A DNA stretch of 51,771 nt, taken from assembly GCA_039961895.1 (NCBI GenBank), contig JABRVU010000157.1:1-51771 (forward strand). The letters run 5' to 3'. This document shows, in pieces, positions 17,901-25,820 of this stretch. Source of the DNA: Phycisphaerae bacterium (GTDB lineage Bacteria; Planctomycetota; Phycisphaerae; UBA1845; PWPN01). Both the position numbers and the translations under genes were made by a program. Position 1 is the stretch's first letter; every line of letters starts with the position of its first letter. Under the pieces are notes generated by a model. It did no database searches, was not told the DNA's origin, and was given only the letters and a program-made list of their open reading frames with translations.

Positions 17901-18819
17901 TGTCTCCGACAGCCCGCACGCGCAGTTGGCCTACAAGCTCATCCGCAAAGGGATCATCTCCCAGGTCTCCATGGAATGCGACTACGAGGAAGGCGAGTGC
18001 TCGATCTGCGGCAAACGCGTCGTTTCGAAGAGCGATTACTGCGTCCACCTGCGCAAGAACAAAGGCGGCGAGCTCCAGGGGCAGCCCGTCTACGAAATCC
18101 TCCACGGCGTCACTTTCACCGGGCTCGGGCTTCTCGACCGCAAAGGCGCGGACGAAAACGCCCGCATCCTGAAAGTCGCCGCGGCGGAAAACGATGGTTC
18201 GACAACCCACTCTGAAGGAGGTCCGACAATGGACGAGAAACACAAGGAAACCGAGGAACGGGAAGCGGATGCCGCCAAGAAGAAGGACGACGGCGGCGGC
18301 GGGACCGCGCCCGATGACAAGACCCGGCTCAAGGAACTGGAGCGGGAGAACAAGGAACTCAAACAGCAGGTTCTCGCGCTGCAGAAGCAGCTCGAGGAAC
18401 TGGAGGCGGAGAAAAAGGCCGCCGCGAACCGGAGCCGAGCCCAGAAGCTCCTGCGCAAGATCGAAAAGAGCGGGCTGGCATTCGAGAGCGACGAGGATCG
18501 CGAACAGGAGTTGAGCCGTCTGGCCGGTCTTTCCGACGACGCCTTCGCCGCCAGCGAAGCCGCTTTCGAGCGGATGATGAAGGCCGGGCCCCGCGCTCAC
18601 GCCGACGACAAGGACGCCAAGGACCGAGGAGCCGGAGCGGAAACCGCGAAGGCTTCATCCGGCGGCGACGATCCGCCTCTTCGCAGCGACGCGGGCGTCC
18701 GTCCGAAGGACGTGGAAGACAAAAAGACGAGCCTCGAGGACCGGCTGAAGAGCGGCTTCATGGCCGCCTACCGGCAGCGAGTGGCGACGGCGACCGGAGA
18801 ACCGGTTTCGACCAACTGA
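14956..18819 (+). CDS. Fusion protein: two tandem Dam-like (D12 class) N6-adenine DNA methyltransferase modules + prohead serine protease-like domain + coiled-coil scaffold
   Basis: ATG 14956 after GGAGA. Module 1: YIGSKQKL, DAFSGSAVV, DPPY (15703-15714). Module 2: FMGSKYLM, DAFSGGANV, DPPY (17170-17181). Protease-like: IDLKHSQDFTDIVGGIVGADYVEDESG...GIISQVSMEC. C-terminal: KELERENKELKQQVLALQKQLEELEAEKKAA. Confidence 0.8.
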   Translation: MELFATDRERLAFLLETDAALDLDFEALEAQAEAAAEEPSPEERPKYITNYIGSKQKLVDWIWKHTPEGVESAADAFSGSAVVAYMYKTKGLRVLANDRLRYCHHAARAIIENDKVRLSDEDLEALLADNAKAGTFVRDNFKGIFFAKGVHGLIDTIRSNIDKLSGFKKDIALFALGKTCMSGKGGFGHFSSSTRYGKREDTPEEFKERLRKNVARINALVFDNGKECKASRKDINDFLPEAKADLAYFDPPYATEFSTTNYEKSYHFVEGLMTYWEGLTLVEDSKTKHYETDHKTVTRANAAEFFESFLGNARHIPHWLISYRDHAYPNESEMRRIIASLGRDSSMRSHDHHYAITSRHGEASHAKERLFICRKAEGVERSAKASTEDSLRAEAVWEETENEVRFRVRNPDEFEPDSFRRKPLEGVDGVAIIIGRLKKEFVPEGGNPRAMVLQAYRFVRKTEKNPDGWTVEKAKEWIDKHEAGRAVDAALRVEENLIALADAPLGESLDLLSCQAGKAESVRVTGFMGSKYLMLGWIESHVPKDAESILDAFSGGANVAYHFKRKGLKVIANDLLRYPHHLARAVVENSSETLSDEDVDRILAPNADAGTFIVDHFYGYYYTKPVLRWLDQVWANIQKLHGYKKDLALAALGTTVKAKSAFGQFSRSKMHRKADLDTDASLEQSQLSNPPLSKFIESFRRSVGQLNRLVFDNGKECKAFNLDAAEAVRRFGADVLYLDPPYVTEFGSNDYEDSLHFIEGLMTRWADKELQDNPRRNYPSRTRYTKESIRSLMETMAADARGKYGTVLLSYRDRAFPREEEIKEIFAEHYGLVRVRGMEVDYNIAKDIGREGKHARELLFVASKSRGAARSKADTRAPAACHTSFPVELSFDTFSGLQTEAAALDQAAGDPQFTFILCRAGTNKNGDHFTPDELAARYMTAINKKIDLKHSQDFTDIVGGIVGADYVEDESGGRIECAGELYVSDSPHAQLAYKLIRKGIISQVSMECDYEEGECSICGKRVVSKSDYCVHLRKNKGGELQGQPVYEILHGVTFTGLGLLDRKGADENARILKVAAAENDGSTTHSEGGPTMDEKHKETEEREADAAKKKDDGGGGTAPDDKTRLKELERENKELKQQVLALQKQLEELEAEKKAAANRSRAQKLLRKIEKSGLAFESDEDREQELSRLAGLSDDAFAASEAAFERMMKAGPRAHADDKDAKDRGAGAETAKASSGGDDPPLRSDAGVRPKDVEDKKTSLEDRLKSGFMAAYRQRVATATGEPVSTN

Positions 18820-18835
18820 CAAAGGAGGAATGACC

Positions 18836-19198
18836 ATGGCTTTCATCAATCCCAATCATCGGGGCCTCGCATACGGCGACGGCTACCTGCAGGGCGACGG
18901 CCAACTCGGCCAGGTGGTGAGGATCGTCGGTAACGACCTCTTCGCCGTGAACACCACGCCGACGGCCAAGTCCTTCGGCATTCTGATCAAGGATTACAAG
19001 AACGGAGAGATGCCCGGCATCTACTGCATGGGCGGCGTCTACGAGACCGACGTCTTCGAGGGGACCGTGAATCCCGGCGACGACCTGAAGGTTTCGGCCA
19101 ACGGGAAACTCACCGCGGGCGTGCAGGCGGGCGAGGAAGTCATCGCCCGGGCCGTCTCCGTCTCCGGCGGAACGATCAAGTTCCGGCTGCTCATCTGA
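18836..19198 (+). CDS. Head decoration protein candidate (DUF2190-like)
   Basis: ATG 18836, 7 nt after AAGGAGG (an ATG at 18830 is too close to the SD). About 120 aa, immediately upstream of the capsid gene. GILIKDYKNGEMPGIYCMGGVYE resembles DUF2190. Confidence 0.5.
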   Translation: MAFINPNHRGLAYGDGYLQGDGQLGQVVRIVGNDLFAVNTTPTAKSFGILIKDYKNGEMPGIYCMGGVYETDVFEGTVNPGDDLKVSANGKLTAGVQAGEEVIARAVSVSGGTIKFRLLI

Positions 19199-19216
19199 TT
19201 ACAGGAGGAAAACGAT

Positions 19217-20080
19217 ATGGAGACGATCCGCATGAACGTGCACAGCCAGGAATACATGGAGACGATGGCGCGCCTGATGTCCGAGGCGCTCGAGTCCCCG
19301 GAAGGGATGCGCGCGCTGGCCGCGGCCATCGCCGAGCCCATCGAACAGGAAATCAAACGCAAGGAGATCTCTTCGCTCCTGCTCACGAAGCACACTCTGC
19401 CCAAGGGAGAGCGTCCTCTTTACCAGAAGAAGCCCAAAGTGAAGGCCTACTGGATTTCCACCGAAGGCGAGGCTCAGGAGCAGGAAGTCGGCAAGGACGA
19501 AGTGGAGTTCCCGACAAACCGCATCCACTCCGCTCCCATGGTCGATGTTTCGGTGCTCAAGAACGGCAACATCGGCACCCTGATGGACATCCAGACCGCG
19601 GCCGCGGACGAAATCCGCAAGGAGATCGACAAGCGGACCATTACGGTGCTTTCGGCGGCGGTGCCCGCGGCCAACACCGTGGAGGTGACCGGCGCGACAC
19701 TCACCGAGGAGGCGCTCAACGAGGCGATCTCCATCATCGAAGACCTCGAATTGACGGTGAAGTATATCGTCATGAGGGGCCGGCGTTTCAATGACCTGCG
19801 GGGCTGGAACCTCGACCCGGAAACCAAGGCCGAGCTGCGTGCCAAGGGTGTCATCAAGAACTATGGGACCGGCGGCATACTGCTGACCGCAGCGCAGGCC
19901 ATCGACGAGGTGCTGCTCATCCCCGACGAAGAGGTGGGCAAGATGCCGGTGCGCGAGAGCCTCAAGACCGAAGCCATCGAGCAGAAGACCCGCTTCAAGA
20001 CCGGCTGGCTCGTCTGGTCGGAACTGGGGCAAGGCATCACCCGCCCGGACATTCTCGCCAAGATCAAAATTCTCGGCTGA
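19217..20080 (+). CDS. Major capsid protein (HK97 fold)
   Basis: 287 aa, strong SD (CAGGAGG), placed after the protease/scaffold and decoration genes. Composition and length are typical of small HK97-fold capsid proteins. Confidence 0.75.
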   Translation: METIRMNVHSQEYMETMARLMSEALESPEGMRALAAAIAEPIEQEIKRKEISSLLLTKHTLPKGERPLYQKKPKVKAYWISTEGEAQEQEVGKDEVEFPTNRIHSAPMVDVSVLKNGNIGTLMDIQTAAADEIRKEIDKRTITVLSAAVPAANTVEVTGATLTEEALNEAISIIEDLELTVKYIVMRGRRFNDLRGWNLDPETKAELRAKGVIKNYGTGGILLTAAQAIDEVLLIPDEEVGKMPVRESLKTEAIEQKTRFKTGWLVWSELGQGITRPDILAKIKILG

Positions 20081-20092
20081 CGGAGGTGAACC

Positions 20093-20455
20093 GTGACCGT
20101 GAAACTGAAAAACATCCGCCCGGGAGTCCTGATCATCGCCGACGCGAAGCTGCGCCTCGACCCGGGCCAGGCCTTCGAAGCGGAGTCGATCTCCCCTCAG
20201 ATGGAGTCGGCGTTGTCCGCGGGAAGACTCGCCCGGATGGACGGCAAGGACGATCACCGGAAACAGGACGAAAGCCCCTTGACCAGTATTCAAGAGGAAG
20301 ACCTCTCTGGGCTTACCGCAACCGAAGCCATCTCCCGGATCGGCACCGAGGGTGATCCCGACAAGCTCAAAGCCCACTTGGCGGGTGAGAAACGACGGAC
20401 GGTGATCGACGCCCTCAAGAAGCGGCTGACGGAGGTGGAAGGTGGCGCTGGCTGA
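20093..20455 (+). CDS. Hypothetical head-module protein (120 aa)
   Basis: GTG start after GGAGGTGA. Position only. Confidence 0.5.
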   Translation: MTVKLKNIRPGVLIIADAKLRLDPGQAFEAESISPQMESALSAGRLARMDGKDDHRKQDESPLTSIQEEDLSGLTATEAISRIGTEGDPDKLKAHLAGEKRRTVIDALKKRLTEVEGGAG

Positions 20456-20900
20456 TCTTGTCGTCGTTCTCCGGGCCGACCTGTCCGATCTCCAAGGCGA
20501 GCTGTTCACCGACGACGTCCTTTCCCGCTGCATCCTGAAAGGCGTCTATCGTCTGGCGCGCGACCTGGAGCTTTCCGTGTCCGTCGTGAACGGAGAGGTG
20601 GTTCCGGAGCCTGAAGGCGAGCCGCGTGAGCTGTTGCTCCTGCTGGGCCAGATTCATGCATGCCAGGTCATGCGGGCACAGACCGCCAACGCGTTCGCCT
20701 TTTCCAGCGGCGACAAAAGGGTGGACAAGACCAAACAGCCCGAGCATTGGGCCGGGCTTGAGGGAGACCTCAAGGCCGTGTACAAGCAGCGGCTGAGTGA
20801 AATCAAACCGGGAGCCGCCGCATCCCCCGAGGACTACATCATCACGCCCGGCGGACTCAGACCGGTCATCTACGACCAAGGAAGCGAGCTTGAGCTGTGA
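20442..20900 (+). CDS. Putative head-tail connector protein
   Basis: GTG start overlapping the upstream gene end. Position between the capsid and gp10-like genes. Confidence 0.45.
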   Translation: MALADLVVVLRADLSDLQGELFTDDVLSRCILKGVYRLARDLELSVSVVNGEVVPEPEGEPRELLLLLGQIHACQVMRAQTANAFAFSSGDKRVDKTKQPEHWAGLEGDLKAVYKQRLSEIKPGAAASPEDYIITPGGLRPVIYDQGSELEL

Positions 20901-21259
20901 GCCTCTTGAGCGATCCCGAGAAAGATGCGGCCGCCGGGGACGTAAAGGAACTGATCCTTGCATGCGGGCAGGAAGCGGCGTTGCTGCGCGCCGTTCCGGG
21001 CGAGCGATTGTATGGATCGGACGACGCATCGTTCACTGAAGTGGAGACCTTTCCGCTCGAGTTCATCGAAACGCCGCCGGAGGACCTCGCCAACAAGATC
21101 GACGCCACGGCCTGCGTGCTCCCCGCCCTGGATGTGAGACCGGAAGACCGGGTGAAAGGCGGCGCGGACGTTTTTCGGGTTCAGACCGTAGTGGAAGAGC
21201 GTCTTTTCGGCGTCGTGACCCACAAGGTGCTGAAGCTGGTGCGCATCCATGGGAGTTAA
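20897..21259 (+). CDS. Putative head-tail adaptor / head closure protein
   Basis: GTGA overlap with the upstream stop. 120 aa. Position in the connector module. Confidence 0.45.
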   Translation: MSLLSDPEKDAAAGDVKELILACGQEAALLRAVPGERLYGSDDASFTEVETFPLEFIETPPEDLANKIDATACVLPALDVRPEDRVKGGADVFRVQTVVEERLFGVVTHKVLKLVRIHGS

Positions 21260-21734
21260 GCGTTTCGGCGATTGGGAAAAGGCGAAAGCGAAGCTGGCCG
21301 GCAATCCCGGAGCCCGGCTCGCCCTGGCGATCCGGCAGGCGACCATCAAGAACGCCCTTCTCCTCGTCCGCGAGATCAAGCGCGGCATCCGGTCCCAAGC
21401 TCCCGGCGGAAAGGCGTTCGTCAAGTTGGCCGAGAGCACCATCGCACGCAAGGGTTCCAGCAAAGCCCTGATCGATACCGGCTTCCTCGTCAATTCGATC
21501 ACTCAGCGCATCCTCTCGGACCGGGCTTTCGTGGGACTCCTGCGCGGCACTGTCAACAAGGACGGCGACGACCTGGTGAACATCGGCGCGGTGATGGAAT
21601 ACGGAGCCACCATCCAGCACCCCAACGGCGCGGTGATCGTCATCCCGCCCCGTCCATTCCTGCATCCCACGATGGAAAAGTACCGCGAGCAGATAATCGA
21701 GAACTACCGCCAGGCCATCCGCGCCGCGCTCTGA
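21249..21734 (+). CDS. HK97 gp10-like tail-completion / head-tail joining protein
   Basis: 161 aa. The pattern ...RKGSSKALIDTGFLVNSIT...VNIGAVMEYGA...IPPRPFL resembles the HK97 gp10 family. Confidence 0.6.
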   Translation: MGVKRFGDWEKAKAKLAGNPGARLALAIRQATIKNALLLVREIKRGIRSQAPGGKAFVKLAESTIARKGSSKALIDTGFLVNSITQRILSDRAFVGLLRGTVNKDGDDLVNIGAVMEYGATIQHPNGAVIVIPPRPFLHPTMEKYREQIIENYRQAIRAAL

Positions 21735-21739
21735 TCCCC

Positions 21740-21770
21740 GCCGACACTTCCCGTCCGGCTCCGGTAGGTA
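21740..21770 (+). promoter_or_regulatory. Bipartite motif copy e: CCGACA-N18-TAGGTAT
   Basis: CCGACA 21740-21745, spacer ends CTCCGG, TAGGTAT 21764-21770. Sits at the head/tail module boundary. Confidence 0.65.
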
Positions 21771-21808
21771 TCCAGCGGAAACGTTCGCTTGAGCCGGAGG
21801 AACCGGAA

Positions 21809-22357
21809 TTGGAAACCGTTCGCACAGTCGTTGAAAGCCTGATCCGCCTGATCAAGGCGGAGATCGACCCGGACGCGGTGCTCGTCGCCGCGGACGACGT
21901 CTTCGAGGTGCCCAACGTCCCGAGCCTGATCCTGCAGGGACCGACGCTGGTCGAAAACGGCGACCGCCGCACCATGGCCCACATAGTGGAGAAGGATGTC
22001 CCGAACCTCGTTTATGAACAGTGTCGGCATCCCCGGCTCTACCACCTCGACTTCGACGTCATCGTCACCGCCGGCCATGAAGGCGATCTGCTGGACCTCC
22101 AGGAACGGGTGGCCCGTTTCTATCAGCTCCACCCGGTCCTGACTGTGGAAGGCCGAGGCTCCCTCAACCTGACGGAGATCGTCCCCTTGGGCGGGTTGCG
22201 ACGGGTGAACCTGTCCAACCTGCGCCAGAGCAGCGGCCGCTGCCGGATCGAGGACTGCCCGGTTTACGACGGCCTCGTCGAAACGGGCCCGCTCATCAAA
22301 GACCGCCGGTTCGAGTTCCGGGACGGCGTCGAGGAGGATCGGCTCCATACCCCATGA
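21809..22357 (+). CDS. Putative tail terminator / sheath-proximal tail protein (182 aa)
   Basis: Coding part of ORF 21272-22357. There is no in-frame ATG after the gp10-like stop. TTG 21809 lies 8 nt after GGAGG (21796-21800). Position just upstream of the sheath. Confidence 0.45.
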   Translation: METVRTVVESLIRLIKAEIDPDAVLVAADDVFEVPNVPSLILQGPTLVENGDRRTMAHIVEKDVPNLVYEQCRHPRLYHLDFDVIVTAGHEGDLLDLQERVARFYQLHPVLTVEGRGSLNLTEIVPLGGLRRVNLSNLRQSSGRCRIEDCPVYDGLVETGPLIKDRRFEFRDGVEEDRLHTP

Positions 22358-22374
22358 AACAAGGAGGAACCACT

Positions 22375-22644
22375 GTGATCGAAATCAAGAATCTTCTGTT
22401 CCAACCGCTCACGTTCCACCTGGCGGGAGGCGGCCGGGGGCTTCATCTGAATCCCCGCGAGCGCAGAACGCTGGAAGAGGACGACATTTCCCCCGAGATC
22501 GATGCCGCGGCAAAGCGGGGCTTCGTGTCGCTGACGTCGTCGCCGCCGACCGTTCCCGAACCCGAGACGCCGCGGGAAGAGCCGGTCGAGACCGAGACGG
22601 AACACACCGGCGCAAACGGCGGCAAACGTCGGAAACGGAGGTAA
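22375..22644 (+). CDS. Hypothetical protein (89 aa) with Pro/Glu-rich and KRRKRR tail
   Basis: GTG 22375, 7 nt after AAGGAGG. Alternative ATG 22354 in an ATGA overlap. Confidence 0.45.
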   Translation: MIEIKNLLFQPLTFHLAGGGRGLHLNPRERRTLEEDDISPEIDAAAKRGFVSLTSSPPTVPEPETPREEPVETETEHTGANGGKRRKRR

Positions 22645-22647
22645 CCC

Positions 22648-24504
22648 ATGGGCACGTATCTTTCACCGGGCATCTATACCCGCGAAGTCGACTTCAGCTT
22701 TTACGTCAAGCAAATATCCACCTCCTCCTGCGGCATGGTGGGTGTGGCCGAACGCGGCCCTATCAACAAACCCGTTCTGGTCACGAGCTGGGAGCAGTTC
22801 ATCAACAAGTTCGGCTCCTACCTGCAGGCCGGATACCTCGCTTACGCCGCAAGGGCGTTTTTCGACAACGGCGGCTCCGTCCTTTTCGTGAACCGCATCG
22901 CCCATCTGACCGATCCCACGGACCGAAACACCCTGACCGCCGTGAAGGCGCAAGCTATCCTCAAGGACCGGCGCGCGGCGACGGCGTCACTCGCAACCGG
23001 CACCGTCGGCACGGATCGAATTGCGTGGCGGGCGATTCAGCCGGGGGCCGCGGGAAACGCCGTCTCCGTCGAATTCGTCGTTTCGGGAAACGATACGCCA
23101 CTCTCCGTCGAGGTCTTGGGACAAGCAATCACCGTGAACCTGGCGACCGACGGCGCGGGTGATCCTGTATCCACAGCGGACCAGGTGGTCGCCGCGGTCG
23201 TCGGGTCTCCGTATGCCTCCGCGCTGGTCACGGCGGAAACGCAGGAGACGGGCGTCGTCCAAGCCGCAGCCTTGGCAAACTTGTCCGGAGGCATGGACGC
23301 GATGGACACGCTCAAGGTGCGGGCGGCCGACGAAGGAACCTGGGGCGAGCGTCTCTCCGTCCAGGTCGAAGACGGTTCTCTCGATCCGAGCGGCGCTTTC
23401 AACCTGGTGGTCCGCCACAAAGGTGAGGTCGTGGAGGTCTTCAAGGACCTCTCGATGGACGAAGCGGCTTCGAATCATGTAGAGCTTGTCGTCAACGAAC
23501 GGTCGGATTTCATCACCGTCGAGGACCTTGGAACCGCATCCGGCCTTCCGTTGGACCGGCCGGTGATCGGGGTGTTCGACCTTTCGGGAGGAGACGACGG
23601 TCTTACCGGGCTCGACGATGCCGACTACTCCGGCGATCCCTCCCAGCACACAGGCTTCTACGCCTTCGACGAGATCGACGCGCTGAATCTGGTCATGGCT
23701 CCGGGCGTCACGACCGCCGAGGTGATCCATGCCGGCATCACCTACGCGGAAAACCGCCAGGACCTCATGTTTCTCGCCGAAGCGCCCATTCACCTCGAAC
23801 CCCTGGAAGCGGTGGATTTCCGCAAGGGCCAGGGGATGTATTCCCACGGGGCCTTCAACTCGTCTTATGCCGCGCTCTACTATCCCTGGATCGAGATCAA
23901 CGACCCGGTGACCGGCAAGCGCAAGCTCGTTCCGCCCAGCGGAGCCGTGGCCGGGTGCTACGCCCGCAGCGACAAGAAGACCCACGTCTGGTACGCGCCC
24001 GCTGGCATCGACCGCGGCCGGGTCTTCAACGCCTTGTCCCTGGGCTACAAGACCAGCCGGGGCGAGCGGGACGTCCTCTATCCCGAAGGTGTCAATGTGA
24101 TCGCTTCCTTCCCCGACAGCGGCATCAACATCTGGGGACAGAAGACCCTGCAAAGCCAGCCCTCGGCCCTCGACCGCGTGAACGTGCGGCGGCTGATGAT
24201 GTTCATCGAGGAGGCCATCGCCGAGTCCTCGCGTTTCGTGGTCTTCGAGCCCAACAACCCGCAGACCTGGCGCGCGCTGATCCGGCTGATCAACCCCTTC
24301 ATGCAGGACATCAAGGACAAGGGCGGGCTCTACGACTTCGCCGTCCAGTGCGACGAGGAGACCAACACCCCGGCTGTGATCGACCGCAACGAACTCGTGG
24401 CGCGCGTCTTTGTCAAGCCGACCAAGACGGCGGAATTCATCGAGCTCAACTTCGTGCTCACCGCCACGGGGGCAGATTTCAAAGAGATATTCAAGACCGG
24501 GTAA
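22648..24504 (+). CDS. Contractile tail sheath protein
   Basis: 618 aa. N-terminus MGTYLSPGIYTREVDFS and C-terminal YYPWI...PPSGAVAG...WYAPAG...NPI-type motifs are typical of Phage_sheath_1. Confidence 0.9.
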   Translation: MGTYLSPGIYTREVDFSFYVKQISTSSCGMVGVAERGPINKPVLVTSWEQFINKFGSYLQAGYLAYAARAFFDNGGSVLFVNRIAHLTDPTDRNTLTAVKAQAILKDRRAATASLATGTVGTDRIAWRAIQPGAAGNAVSVEFVVSGNDTPLSVEVLGQAITVNLATDGAGDPVSTADQVVAAVVGSPYASALVTAETQETGVVQAAALANLSGGMDAMDTLKVRAADEGTWGERLSVQVEDGSLDPSGAFNLVVRHKGEVVEVFKDLSMDEAASNHVELVVNERSDFITVEDLGTASGLPLDRPVIGVFDLSGGDDGLTGLDDADYSGDPSQHTGFYAFDEIDALNLVMAPGVTTAEVIHAGITYAENRQDLMFLAEAPIHLEPLEAVDFRKGQGMYSHGAFNSSYAALYYPWIEINDPVTGKRKLVPPSGAVAGCYARSDKKTHVWYAPAGIDRGRVFNALSLGYKTSRGERDVLYPEGVNVIASFPDSGINIWGQKTLQSQPSALDRVNVRRLMMFIEEAIAESSRFVVFEPNNPQTWRALIRLINPFMQDIKDKGGLYDFAVQCDEETNTPAVIDRNELVARVFVKPTKTAEFIELNFVLTATGADFKEIFKTG

Positions 24505-24515
24505 GGAGGTAAGTC

Positions 24516-24977
24516 ATGCGCAGCGGCAACATGCCCAAGAGTCTGTATCAGAACTGGCAATTCGCCGTCGAGGTGAACGGTTTCGACGTGGCGCTCTTCA
24601 AGAAGGGCCAGGAACCCAAGACCGAGTTCGAGGAGGTGGCCTTCGCGCCCGCCGGTTCCATGTTCGACCAAAAGGTGGCCGGACGGGTCAAGTTCGAGGA
24701 CATCACCCTGGAGAAAGGGATTCTCCAGGACGGTTCCGACGAGGCCGCCAGGGAGTGGATCAAGAAACAGGTGGACGTCAATGCCGTGGTCGGCGGCCTG
24801 CCCAACGACTACATGCGCGACATCGACCTCGTCCGCTACGACCGAACCGGCAACGAAACGCGACGGTGGACCCTGCACGGCGCGTGGATCAAGGTCCTGG
24901 AGTACGACGAACTCGAGGGCGCGAACACGGACAACACCATCGAGAAGCTCAGCATTTGCTTCCAGTATTGGACCTGA
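24516..24977 (+). CDS. Tail tube protein (T4 gp19-like)
   Basis: 153 aa immediately after the sheath. NWQFAVEVNG...F.EV...KFEDITLEKG pattern. Confidence 0.85.
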   Translation: MRSGNMPKSLYQNWQFAVEVNGFDVALFKKGQEPKTEFEEVAFAPAGSMFDQKVAGRVKFEDITLEKGILQDGSDEAAREWIKKQVDVNAVVGGLPNDYMRDIDLVRYDRTGNETRRWTLHGAWIKVLEYDELEGANTDNTIEKLSICFQYWT

Positions 24978-24993
24978 TCCGAGGAGGTAGATC

Positions 24994-25671
24994 ATGCACA
25001 CCTTTGAATTGCCGAGCGGCATCGAGATCGAACTCCGGGAGATGACCGGAGCCGAGGAGGAGCTGCTCACAAACCAACGTCTCATCCGCACCGGCGACGC
25101 CGTGAACCAGGTGCTCAAGAACTGCATCGTGCGGCTGGGGGACAACGACGAACCGACGGTCAAGGATGTGCTCGACCTCCTCTCCGGGGACCGGCTGTTC
25201 ATTCTGGTGCGCCTTCGTCAGATCTCGCTCGGCGACGAGGTCGAGCTGGAACTGACCTGCCCGAACACCGCCTGCCGGGCGGCGAACGCCGTCACGGTCA
25301 ACCTCGAGGAACTGGAGGTCACGCCTTACGGAGAGGAACGGGAGTTCGCGTTCACGCTGCCCGGTTCCGGAGGCAAGGTCCGGTTCGGTTATTTGGACGG
25401 CCACAAGGAGAAACGGCTGGCCGCACTCAAAGAGCCTTCCATCTCCTCGGCCATGTTGATCCGAATCATCGACGTGGATGGCGCTCCGCCGACCAAAAAG
25501 ATCATGAACGATATGTCGATGCGGGACCGCGGCGCTCTCCGGCAGGAGATGCTGAGGGTGGACGCGGGTGTCGACACGACCGTGGAGACCGATTGCCAAT
25601 CGTGCGGGACGCGCATCCGCACCCGGCTGGAGGCTGAACCGGGTTTTTTGTTTCCCGGAGTTCGCTTGTAA
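24994..25671 (+). CDS. Tail assembly chaperone (gpG analogue), zero-frame product
   Basis: 225 aa, between the tube and tape measure genes. Confidence 0.7.
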   Translation: MHTFELPSGIEIELREMTGAEEELLTNQRLIRTGDAVNQVLKNCIVRLGDNDEPTVKDVLDLLSGDRLFILVRLRQISLGDEVELELTCPNTACRAANAVTVNLEELEVTPYGEEREFAFTLPGSGGKVRFGYLDGHKEKRLAALKEPSISSAMLIRIIDVDGAPPTKKIMNDMSMRDRGALRQEMLRVDAGVDTTVETDCQSCGTRIRTRLEAEPGFLFPGVRL

Positions 25672-25820
25672 GGGACGCGTTTTTCCTCGCCTACGGCGGG
25701 CTCCACTGGAGTTTCTCGGAAACACGGGCGCTGCCGCTCTCGGTCCGCCGCGAATTCGTGGAGGCACTGGAGCGGCAGCTTGCTTTTGAGCGTGAAGAAA
25801 TGGAGCGCAGGCGCACATGA
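24994..25820 (+). CDS. Tail assembly chaperone, -1 frameshift product (gpGT analogue)
   Basis: Slip at G GGT TTT (25641-25647). The -1 frame opens only at 25638 and runs to TGA 25818-25820, which overlaps the tape-measure ATG (ATGA). The extension reads ...GFFVSRSSLVRDAFFLAYGGLHWSFSETRALPLSVRREFVEALERQLAFEREEMERRRT. Confidence 0.65.
25641..25647 (+). promoter_or_regulatory. Slippery heptamer G_GGT_TTT for programmed -1 ribosomal frameshifting
   Basis: X_XXY_YYZ pattern in the zero frame of the 24994 gene, followed by a second candidate T_TTT_TTG. Confidence 0.6.

Noticed and set aside
21272-21808. First half of the 361-aa ORF 21272-22357, and similarly the 5' parts of ORFs 30049-30801, 33506-34771, 35051-35404, 35595-36458 and 49943-51331
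   Set aside because: These portions overlap better-supported genes in other frames and translate to Arg/Pro/Gly-rich sequence. Only the 3' parts, starting at the internal start codons listed in the features, look like real proteins.
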